The notes below the pieces were generated by a model. That model was not told the origin of the DNA, ran no database searches, and worked only from the letters and a program-made list of their open reading frames with translations. Positions 55,613 to 64,000 of a stretch of DNA of 64,000 nt are shown piece after piece. Each line of letters starts with the position of its first letter. Position 1 is the first letter of the stretch. The translations under genes and the position numbers were made by a program. The DNA is from an uncultured Candidatus Rokubacteria bacterium (GTDB taxonomy: Bacteria > Methylomirabilota > Methylomirabilia > Rokubacteriales > CSP1-6), in the NCBI GenBank assembly GCA_963758635.1, contig CAVWWD010000006.1, positions 160,001 to 224,000 on the forward strand, in the 5' to 3' direction.

Positions 55613-58600
55613 GTGAAGTGTCCTCGGTGCCAGGCTGAGAACCCAGCCGGCATGAAGTTCTGCGGACAGTGCGCCACCCCCTTGGCGGCCGTCTGCGCGT
55701 CGTGTGGGGCCAGCAATCCTCCGGAGAACAAGTTCTGCGGCCAGTGTGCCGCGCCGTTGACGAACGTCGCCGAGACTCGGCTCCGGTCGCCCGACACGTA
55801 CACGCCGAAACACCTCGCCGAGCGCATCCTCATCTCCAAGGCGGCCCTCGAAGGCGAGCGCAAGCAGGTCACGGTGCTCTTCGCCGACCTCAAGGGCTCG
55901 ATGGAGCTGCTCGCCGACCGCGATCCGGAAGAGGCGCGGAGGCTTCTCGACCCGGTCCTCGAGCTGATGATGGAGGCCGTCCACCGCTACGAGGGCACGG
56001 TGAACCAGGTGATGGGCGACGGGATCATGGCGCTGTTCGGGGCGCCGCTGGCGCTGGAGGACCACGCGCTGCGCGCCTGCTACGCGGCGGTGCGCATGCA
56101 GGAGGCGGTAAAGCGTCACGCCGAGGCGATACGGCGGGACCGGGGCATCGCGCTGCGGATCCGCGTCGGCCTGAACTCCGGCGACGTGGTCGTACGAACG
56201 ATCGGCTCCGACCTTCACATGGACTACACCGCGGTGGGTCAGACCACCCACCTCGCCGCGCGCATGGAGCAGCTCGCCGATCCCGGCACCACGCTCCTGA
56301 CCGCGGAGACGCGGGCGCTCGCCGGCGTGTTCGTCGAGGTCGCCTCGCTCGGGCCCATCGCGATCAGGGGACTGTCCGGCCCGGTTGAAGCCTACGAGCT
56401 GTCAGGGATCAGCGACGTGCGTTCGCGGCTTCACGCCGCCGTCGCGCGCGGGCTCTCGCCGTTCGTCGGCCGGAACGCCGAGATCGATCAGCTCCTGCGC
56501 GCCGTCGAGCAGGTCGGGCAGGGGCGCGGCCAGGTGGCCGCGGTCGTGGGCGAGCCGGGCGTGGGCAAGTCGCGCCTCACGTTCGAGCTCACCCACTCCT
56601 CGCGGCTCGACGGGTGGCGGGTCCTCGAGGCGGGCGCATCGTCCCATGGCGCGGCGACGAGCTACCTGGCCGCCGCCGCCCTGCTGGCGAGTCTGCCTCG
56701 GGCTGGGGAAGCGCGACACCCCCGCGGAGATCCGCGGGCGAATCGGGACACGGCTCGCCGGGCTCGGTGAAGACCTCTGGCCGGCCGCGCCGGCCCTCGA
56801 GGCGCTCCTCGGCGTTCCCGTCGAGAGCCCGCGGTGGCAAGCGCTCGAGCCTCGCCAGCGCCGGCAGCACACCCTCGAAGCGCTGACGCACCTGTTCGTC
56901 CGCGAGAGCCAGATCCAGCCACTGCTGCTGCACGTCGAGGACCTGCACTGGATCGACGCCGAGACCCAGGCCTGGCTCGACGTGCTCGTCGACGCGATCC
57001 CCGCCGCCCGCATCCTGCTCCTGGTGACCTATCGCCCCGAATACCAGCATCGCTGGGGGAGCCGGACCTACTACGCGCAGCTCAGAGTCGATCCGCTCCC
57101 GCGCGATGGGGCCGAGGGCCTGCTGCTGGCCTTGCTGGGGGACGCCGCCGAGCTGGCTCCGCTCCGCACGCTGCTCATCCGGCGAACCGAGGGCAACCCG
57201 TTCTTCCTCGAGGAGAGCGTGCAGGCCCTCGCGGAGACCAAGGTCCTGGTCGGGGAGCGCGGGGCGTATCGCCTCGGGCAATCACTCGGCGACGTGCAAG
57301 TCCCGGCCACGGTCCAGGCCATCCTGGCCGCGCGGATCGACCGGCTCCCGGCGGCCGAGAAGCAGTTGCTGCAGTCGGCCGCCGTCGTCGGAAAGGACGT
57401 CCCGTTCGCGCTCCTGCGCGCGCTCACCGATACGCGCGAGGAGGACGTGCGCCGCCAGCTCGCCGCGCTGCAAGCCGCCGAGTTCCTGTACGAGACGCGC
57501 CTGTTCCCCGAGCCGGAGTACACGTTCAAGCACGCGCTGACCCAGGAGGTGGCGTACGGCGGCCTGCTCACCGAGCGGCGGCGCGCGATCCACGCCCGGA
57601 TCGTCGAGGAGATCGAGCGGGTCCAGGGCGACCGTCCCGCGGACGAGGCCGAGCGGCTCGCCCATCACGCCGTGCGCGCGGAGCTGTGGGAGCAGGCCCT
57701 GCGCTACGGCAGAGAGGCCGGCGGCAAGGCGCTGGCGCGGTGGGCCTTGAGCGATGCGCGCACGCATCTGGAGCACGCCCTCGCCGCGACCGCGCATCTG
57801 CCCGAGAGCCGCCAGACCGTCGAGCAGATGGTGGACGTCCGCCTCGATCTGCGTACGGCCATCCACCAGCTCGGGGAGGTCGAGCGGGGCGAACGGCTCA
57901 CGCGCGAGGCCGCCTCGCTGAGCGAGCGCCTCGGAGACGACGATCGCATCGGCAAGGCATCTCACGCGCTGAGCGTCTCTCTCTGGATGCTGGGGCGTTC
58001 CGACGATGCGCTGGAACCCCAACGCGCGGGCGATCGCCATCGCCGAGTCGACCGGCGACACGGCGCTGGGCCATCAAGCCCAGGCGCAGCGCGCTCGCCT
58101 GCATCACGATCAGGGCGACTACCGGCAGGCCGCTGCAGCGCTGCGCGACAGTCTCGGACGCGCTCGAAGCGGCGGGAGAGATGTCCTCCTCCCTCTAGGC
58201 GCCGCGCCGCTCGTCGCGTCGAGCACCGCCTACCTGGGGTGGTCGCTCGCCGAGCTCGGTGAGTTCGAGGAAGCGGCGCGGCGGACGGAGGCGGTGCTGC
58301 GCCTCGTCGAGACGATGGGCAACCCGATGGGCGTCATGATGGCGTGCATGGGCGTGGGAATGGTCCACGTCCGGCAGGGCAACGCGCCGCCGCCATCGCC
58401 CCTCTCGAGCGTGGCTTGCGCATCTGCCATCAGTTCGGCTTGACCGCCCTCATCTTCCACGGGATCGCCGCATCGCTGGGTGCCGCGTACGCGCTGGTGA
58501 ACCGCGAGGCCGAAGGCATCCCTCTGCTGCGCAAGGTGGCGGACCAGTCATGGTCGATGAAGCTGGTTTCCGACCACCTGATCGGGGCGATCCCGCTCGC

Positions 58601-58979
58601 CGGGGTCTGGTTATCCATGGGGCGCCTCGACGAGGCCGACCAGCTCGCACGGCAGTCCCTCGAACGCGCCCGCGCGCACGGGCAGCGCGGGCACGAGGCC
58701 CATGCGCTGCGTCTGCTCGGCGCGGTCGCCGCTCACCGCGATCGGCCCGACGTGCCCACCGCCGAGACCAACCACCTCGCTGCGCTCGAGCTCGCCGGAG
58801 CGCTCGGCATGCGGCCGCTGGTCGCCCACTGCCATCTCGGCCTCGGCACGCTGTACCGGCGGACAGGCAACCTCCGACAGGCGGAGGAGCACGTCACCAG
58901 CGCCACGACGATGTACCGCGACATGGACATGCGGTTCTGGCTGGAGAAGGCGGACGGTGAGCTGACGGAGTCGGCGTGA
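55613..58979 (+). CDS. Double zinc-ribbon + class III cyclase + AAA ATPase + TPR protein (about 3 frameshifts)
   Basis: CxxC x4, VLFADLKGS, GDGIMALFG, GEPGVGKS, EDLHWID, GNPFFLEE, FKHALTQEVAY. Confidence 0.88.
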
Positions 58980-59015
58980 TCCGCCGCCTTCCGCAGGACG
59001 GCTGGGTTGCCCGTC

Positions 59016-59654
59016 GTGAACGGGCCTGAGTTCCCGCGACGTGCTGGGGTGCTCCTGGCGGTCCTGGCCGCGCTGCTTGCCGCGGTCCACGGCGGCCCGG
59101 CCAGCGCTGCCGATCGAGAACCCGTCAGCGTCCTGGTCGTCTACCACTCGGCCACCGGCAACACGGAGAAAATGGCCCAGGCAGTGGCGGAGGGGGCGAA
59201 GGCCGTCCCGGCCACGAGCGTCGTTCTGAAACGGGTCGGCGAGGTCGACGCCAGCGACTTGTCGTCCTCCGATGCGGTCATCGTCGGGTCGCCCGTCTAC
59301 TTCGCGAACATGTCGGGAGAGATCAAGACCTTCTTCGACAACTGGTCGCTGAAGTTCGACCTGTTCAGGGACCGCAAGATGCGCGACAAGGTCGGCGCGG
59401 CGTTCTCGACGGGCGCGTCCGTCTCCGCCGGGAAGGAATTCACGATCCTGGCCATCCTCGCCGCCATGCTCAACAATCAGATGATCATCGTGAGCGGCGG
59501 CGAAGGCTTCGGTGCGAGCGCCACCACCGGCCCCGACTCGCCCGGGATCGACGAGAAGGAGCTCGCGTCCGCGCGCGACCTCGGGCGGCGCGTGGCGGAA
59601 GTCACCGCCGTCGTGAAGCGAGGATCCGGCCGGATGATCCCGGGACGACCCTGA
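59016..59654 (+). CDS. WrbA/flavodoxin-like NAD(P)H oxidoreductase with signal peptide
   Basis: YHSATGNTEKMA, GSPVYF, KVGAAFST. Confidence 0.8.
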   Translation: MNGPEFPRRAGVLLAVLAALLAAVHGGPASAADREPVSVLVVYHSATGNTEKMAQAVAEGAKAVPATSVVLKRVGEVDASDLSSSDAVIVGSPVYFANMSGEIKTFFDNWSLKFDLFRDRKMRDKVGAAFSTGASVSAGKEFTILAILAAMLNNQMIIVSGGEGFGASATTGPDSPGIDEKELASARDLGRRVAEVTAVVKRGSGRMIPGRP

Positions 59655-59730
59655 AAGGGGCGGGCTTGCCGCAAGCCGGCGGTTCGACCTCCGACGAGCC
59701 GGCGCCCGCCCCGCGAGGGGCCCCGTCGGG

Positions 59731-60474
59731 CTAGCGGCGGGCGATGAGACGCCGGAACGAGGCGCCGTACGTGAAGCCGTAGCCGTCGGCGAGCTCGGCC
59801 GAGCGCTGCTTCATGCGCGTGCCCAGCGTCTCGCCCTCCGGCACGTTGAAGCCGGGGATCTGGGACGCGTGACGGATCGCCGCGGCGATCTGGCGGTCGA
59901 TGCCCGCCGTCACGTCCACGATGATCTCCGCCTCGTCCGGCCCCCAGTACCAGAGCTCGCGCACCTTGTGCGGCTCGAGGCCCTCCTGGGTGATCTGCTC
60001 CGGGAAGTGCAGGTGGTCGCGCGCGAACGGGTACACGGCGTCCTGCGTGGCCATGCCGGCGGCGCGATGGTCGCGGTGCTGGAAGCCCTTCGTCCGGAAC
60101 GGGTCGTGGGTGAGGACGGTGTCCGGCCGGTAGCGGCGGATGGCGCGCACGACGTCGCCCAGCAGCTCGCGCGTGTTCTCCAGGCCGCCGTCCGGATAGC
60201 CGAGCATGGCCACGTGCTTGACGCCCATGAAGTCGGCGGCGGCGCGCTGCTCGGCGGCGCGGCGCTCGGCGAGCTGGGCGGACGTCAGCGAGCGGTCGGC
60301 GGTGCCGGCGCTGCCGTTGGTGCACAGCACGTAAGACACCTCGCACCCCGCGGCGACCCAGCACGCCACCACGCCGCCCGCGCCCAGCTCGGCGTCGTCG
60401 GGGTGGGCGAAGACGACCATGGCGCGCTTCGGGACGTCGGTCACGATCTCGAGCTTCCGGTTGTCGGTAGGCAT
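59731..60474 (-). CDS. PIG-L family deacetylase
   Basis: FAHPDDAE, RRAAEQ, HRDH. Confidence 0.88.
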   Translation of the reverse strand: MPTDNRKLEIVTDVPKRAMVVFAHPDDAELGAGGVVACWVAAGCEVSYVLCTNGSAGTADRSLTSAQLAERRAAEQRAAADFMGVKHVAMLGYPDGGLENTRELLGDVVRAIRRYRPDTVLTHDPFRTKGFQHRDHRAAGMATQDAVYPFARDHLHFPEQITQEGLEPHKVRELWYWGPDEAEIIVDVTAGIDRQIAAAIRHASQIPGFNVPEGETLGTRMKQRSAELADGYGFTYGASFRRLIARR

Positions 60475-60597
60475 GACGGCGATTCTACAGGATCGCCCAA
60501 GGGGCGGGGCCCGCGGGATGCCGCCGCCGGACAGTGAGTGATATCGTGTGGCGCGGCCGCGGCGCGACAAGGCAGCGGCCCGAGGGAGACGATTCCA

Positions 60598-61533
60598 ATG
60601 CGCTTCGGCATCTTCACCAGCATGGGCAACCAGACGTGGGCCGGCGTCCTCGACCTCTGGAAGCATCTCGAGGCCACGGGCTGGGACATCGCGTGCGTGA
60701 CCGACCACTTCATGCCCAACACCAAGGAGCGCGAGGGGGCGATGCTCGAGGCGTGGAGCACGCTCAGCGCGCTCTCCGCCCTCGTCCCGCGCATGCGCGT
60801 GGGCACCATCGTCCTCGGCAATACCTACCGGCATCCGGCGGTGGTGGCGAAGATGGGCGCGCAGGTGGACATCATCACCGGCGGCCGGCTGCTCCTGGGC
60901 CTGGGCGCGGGCTGGCAGCAGAACGAGCACGAGGCGTACGGCATCCCCTTCCTCACCATGCGCGAGCGGCTGGAGCGGCTGGACGAGGCCTGCGAGGTCA
61001 TCCGGTCCCTGTGGACGCAGAAGCGCAGCACGTTCAAGGGCCGCTACTACCAGCTCTCCGACGCGCCGCTCGATCCCAAGCCCGTGCAGTCGCCGCACCC
61101 CGAGCTGATGATCGGCGGCGGCGGCGAGAAGGTCACCCTCCGCATCGTGGCGAAGCACGCCGACCACTGGAACGTCTGGGGCGGCCCGCAGGTGCTCGCG
61201 CGCAAGGGCGCGATCCTCGACGAGCACTGCAAGGCGGTGGGACGCGACCCGAAGAGCATCAAGCGCTCGGTCAACATGGCGCTGCTCATCACCGACGATC
61301 CCGCGGAGGTGGACAAGCTGGCCGACGGCATCATGCGGCGCATGGGCCGGCACGCCTCCGATGCGCGGGACACGTGCCTGGCCGGCACGCCCGATCAGAT
61401 CCGCGAGCAGCTCCGGCAGGTCAAGGCGGCGGGCGGCGAGACGGTCTTCATCCCGTCCATGTTCCGTCCCATGGACGAGTGGCGCCGGGACCTGGATCGC
61501 TTCATCAAGGAGATCGCGCCGGCCTTCCGCTGA
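60598..61533 (+). CDS. LLM-class F420-dependent oxidoreductase
   Basis: TDHF, NTYRHPA, GLGAGWQQNEH, IGGGGEKVTLR. Confidence 0.9.
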   Translation: MRFGIFTSMGNQTWAGVLDLWKHLEATGWDIACVTDHFMPNTKEREGAMLEAWSTLSALSALVPRMRVGTIVLGNTYRHPAVVAKMGAQVDIITGGRLLLGLGAGWQQNEHEAYGIPFLTMRERLERLDEACEVIRSLWTQKRSTFKGRYYQLSDAPLDPKPVQSPHPELMIGGGGEKVTLRIVAKHADHWNVWGGPQVLARKGAILDEHCKAVGRDPKSIKRSVNMALLITDDPAEVDKLADGIMRRMGRHASDARDTCLAGTPDQIREQLRQVKAAGGETVFIPSMFRPMDEWRRDLDRFIKEIAPAFR

Positions 61534-61534
61534 G

Positions 61535-61854
61535 CTACACGCGCACGACCACCGCGCCCTCCGCGGCCAGCACCGCGGAGACCCACGTGCGCCGGCGCCG
61601 CTCCCGGCGTCGGCGCTGAAGCGGCGCCCGCCCTTCGGTCCGGCGCCGGCGGTCTCCGTGACGCCGATCCACGATGGCCCCGAACCCGGCGGTCACGTTG
61701 AACGGCCCGAGCAGCGCAACAGCTCGGCCTGGTCGCGGCGCACAACCAGGAGGAGCGGCTGGAGGTAGCGCTTGTCGTCCTCCGGCTGATCCTCGCCAGC
61801 AGCGCGCGGGTCCACCCCGGGCGGCTGCGTACCTGGTTCCTCGATCGTGGCCAT
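61535..61854 (-). CDS. Small Arg-rich hypothetical protein (frameshift near 61710)
   Basis: GGGAGG RBS; LLVVRRDQAEL...IVDRRHGDRR...ERRR...AVVVRV-stop. Confidence 0.5.
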
Positions 61855-61880
61855 CTCGAAGCCCTCCCCTCGCTCCGCGT

Positions 61881-62005
61881 TCAAAGCGTCTTCAGATACT
61901 CGATGAGGTCGCGCCGATCCTCCGCGGACAGGTCCGTGCCGTACGCATGGCCGGCGCCGTGGCGCACAGGAGAAGCGCTCCGAGGACGCTCAGGGCCCGG
62001 ATCAT
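61881..62005 (-). pseudogene. Internally deleted exported c-type cytochrome-like gene
   Basis: Signal peptide MIRALSVLGALLLCATAPA joined out of frame to GHAYGTDLSAEDRRDLIEYLKTL-stop. Confidence 0.5.
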
Positions 62006-62229
62006 CCGGGGGATTCTACCTCAGCGCCACCCGGCCCACGGCCGCGCGCCCAGCCCCAGCGTGACGCCCTCCCACGGCCTCCGGGCCACGGCCCCGTGTG
62101 ACGGCGCGCGCACGTTCCGCTGCGTCGATCAAGCCTTGACGCGGCCGCGGCGGCAGAGGAGCATCGGTGCCGGGAACGCGAACCCCTGTCACCGGCCCGC
62201 GGCCGCGGGCCGTCGCGAGGAGCCGCTCA

Positions 62230-63105
62230 ATGGCCTTTGCCAACCCGCAGTACCTCGTATCGACGGACTGGCTCGCCGGGCATCTGGACGATCCCGGCGT
62301 GCGGGTGCTCGAGTGCACCGTGTACCTGAACCCCGCGCCCGATACGCCGGGCGGCTTCACCGTGGAGTCCGGCCGGGCGAAGTGGGCCGAGGGCCACATT
62401 CCGGGCGCGGGCTTCGTGGACCTGCAGCAGGAGATCTCCGACACGAGCTCCTCGCTGCGCTTCATGATGCCGTCCGCCGCTCGGTTCGAGGAGGCGATGG
62501 GGCGGCACGGCGTCGGCGACGGCGTGCGCGTCGTGCTCTACGACCGCGCCGTCAACATGTGGGCGGCGCGCGTGTGGTGGATGCTGCGCGCCTTCGGCTT
62601 CGACACGGCCGCCGTGCTCGACGGCGGCTTCAAGAAGTGGACGCTCGAGGGCCGCGCGGTCGCCACCGACGACGGCGCGCGCCCGGCCCGGCGGTTCACG
62701 GCGCGTCCGCGGCCGGCCCTCATCGCCGACCGGGCCCAGGTGCTGTCCGGCGTGGGCGATCGCGCCACGTGCCTGGTCAACGCCCTCAGCGAGGAGCAGC
62801 ACGCGGGCACGGGCGGCGCCAGCTACGGCCGCCCCGGCCACATCACGGGAAGCGTCAACGTGGCCGCGCGCGGCCTCGTGGACCCGCAGACGCACGCCTA
62901 CCTGCCCGACGACGTCCTGCGCCAGCGCTTCACCGCGGCGGGCGCGCTCGGCGACCGGCGCGTCATCACGTACTGCGGCGGCGGCATCGCCGCGTCCAGC
63001 GACGCGTTCGTCCTGGCGCTGCTCGGCAAGGAGGACGTCGCCGTCTACGACGCCTCGCTGTCGGAGTGGGCGGCCGACCCCGCGCTGCCCATGGAGCGCG
63101 GGTGA
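62230..63105 (+). CDS. Tandem-rhodanese sulfurtransferase
   Basis: GHIPGA, AARVWW, LDGG, YCGGGIAA, YDASLSEW. Confidence 0.92.
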   Translation: MAFANPQYLVSTDWLAGHLDDPGVRVLECTVYLNPAPDTPGGFTVESGRAKWAEGHIPGAGFVDLQQEISDTSSSLRFMMPSAARFEEAMGRHGVGDGVRVVLYDRAVNMWAARVWWMLRAFGFDTAAVLDGGFKKWTLEGRAVATDDGARPARRFTARPRPALIADRAQVLSGVGDRATCLVNALSEEQHAGTGGASYGRPGHITGSVNVAARGLVDPQTHAYLPDDVLRQRFTAAGALGDRRVITYCGGGIAASSDAFVLALLGKEDVAVYDASLSEWAADPALPMERG

Positions 63106-63124
63106 GCGCACGCCACGCCCGTCC

Positions 63125-63952
63125 GTGCTGAGGCGGCTCGCGCTCGCGCTCGTCCTCGCGGCCGCGCTCGCCGGCTGTCCGCGCCCGCCACTCGTGGTGG
63201 ACACGTCCGGCCCGTCCACGCCGGTCGACGCCGCGCTCTACTGGTACTACGAGGGCCGGAGCTGGGTACGCGCGAGCCGGGTCGAGGGCGACCTCGCCCG
63301 CGCGCTCGTGTGGGCGGGCGACCACCACCTGTGGGTCGAGATGCCGCGCGCCGGCCTCACCGACGAGGCGGCGCGTCTGGCCGGCCGCCGTCGCGCCGTG
63401 CGTGACCGGATCGTGTGGATGGAATGCCTCGATCCGCGCGACCCCGGCGGCGGCACCGCCGAGGCCCAGATGGCGCGCCTGCGCAAGATCACCGGCGAGC
63501 GCTTCGACACGCCGCGCGCCTGGTCCGCCTGGTGGCAGGAGCACGGCGAGCGGCTGATCCCGGGACGCGGCAGCGCGCTCGTGGTGGGCCCGCTGCCGCC
63601 GGCGCCCGCCGAACCGCCGGCGCCCGGCGCTCCCGCGGCGATCCTCTCGTTGCGCGTGGCCCGCCAGGCGCCCGACACGGTGCTGCTCGCGATCGAGTAC
63701 GAGTACGACGGGACGGACGGCGCCTCGCTCGGCGCCATCACGCTGCTCGACGGCGCGTCCACCGGCCACTGGGCCTACAAGCCCGCGCCGGTCTTCCGCG
63801 GCCGCCACACCGCCTACGTGCCGGTGTCGATCAACGCGAAGGCGCCCGAGACGCACCGCACCAACCAGGTGCGCGCCGAGCTCTACGTGAGCCGGCGTCC
63901 CGTGGCCGACGCGGTGTTCCCGCTGGAGAAGACGTGGGTGAAAGCGCCGTGA
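63125..63952 (+). CDS. Hypothetical lipoprotein
   Basis: Lipobox LAGC after hydrophobic stretch. Confidence 0.6.
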   Translation: MLRRLALALVLAAALAGCPRPPLVVDTSGPSTPVDAALYWYYEGRSWVRASRVEGDLARALVWAGDHHLWVEMPRAGLTDEAARLAGRRRAVRDRIVWMECLDPRDPGGGTAEAQMARLRKITGERFDTPRAWSAWWQEHGERLIPGRGSALVVGPLPPAPAEPPAPGAPAAILSLRVARQAPDTVLLAIEYEYDGTDGASLGAITLLDGASTGHWAYKPAPVFRGRHTAYVPVSINAKAPETHRTNQVRAELYVSRRPVADAVFPLEKTWVKAP

Positions 63953-64000
63953 AGGTGCAGCAGACGGTGAGAGGGCAGGGTGAGGGGCGAACGAGCAGGC

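Noticed and set aside
59657..59712. GGTTCGA T-loop-like sequence suggesting a tRNA
   Set aside because: No cloverleaf; it sits within a GC hairpin between convergent genes

Overview
Very GC-rich bacterial chromosomal segment. Its gene content (expanded ABC substrate-binding, zinc-ribbon cyclase-AAA-TPR and LLM families) suggests a Rokubacteria/Methylomirabilota-like lineage, which is an inference. Many single-base indels break conserved genes, so this is probably an unpolished long-read or metagenomic consensus. Housekeeping and metabolic content: three LLM oxidoreductases, nitronate monooxygenase, a stand-alone NRPS A-PCP didomain, acuC, moaC, a tungstate/molybdate ABC cluster, a xanthine dehydrogenase-family trimer, a ModE-like regulator, D-aminoacylase, cyclophilin, typA, a DEAD-box helicase, tatC, thiD, rsmI, a carboxyltransferase, a MetE-like protein, two class III cyclases and a rhodanese. 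Accessory content: a ~9.5 kb defence island (AlbA/Schlafen-HATPase gene, hsdM, hsdS, hsdR, M48 peptidase, hicB, truncated hicA) and several toxin-antitoxin loci. Top observations: (1) a textbook integron attC site plus an attI-like site, with no integrase, directly in front of the type I R-M operon, and a second decayed attC behind brnTA; (2) an in-frame UGA in a UGSC motif followed by a SECIS-like hairpin, giving a ~533 aa fused selenoprotein missed by the ORF track; (3) two in-frame UAG codons at probable Trp positions in an otherwise intact helicase; (4) about ten genes with a -10 box 6-8 nt before the start codon (leaderless architecture); (5) a structured intergenic repeat in two copies. 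No rRNA, tRNA or CRISPR array was recognised.
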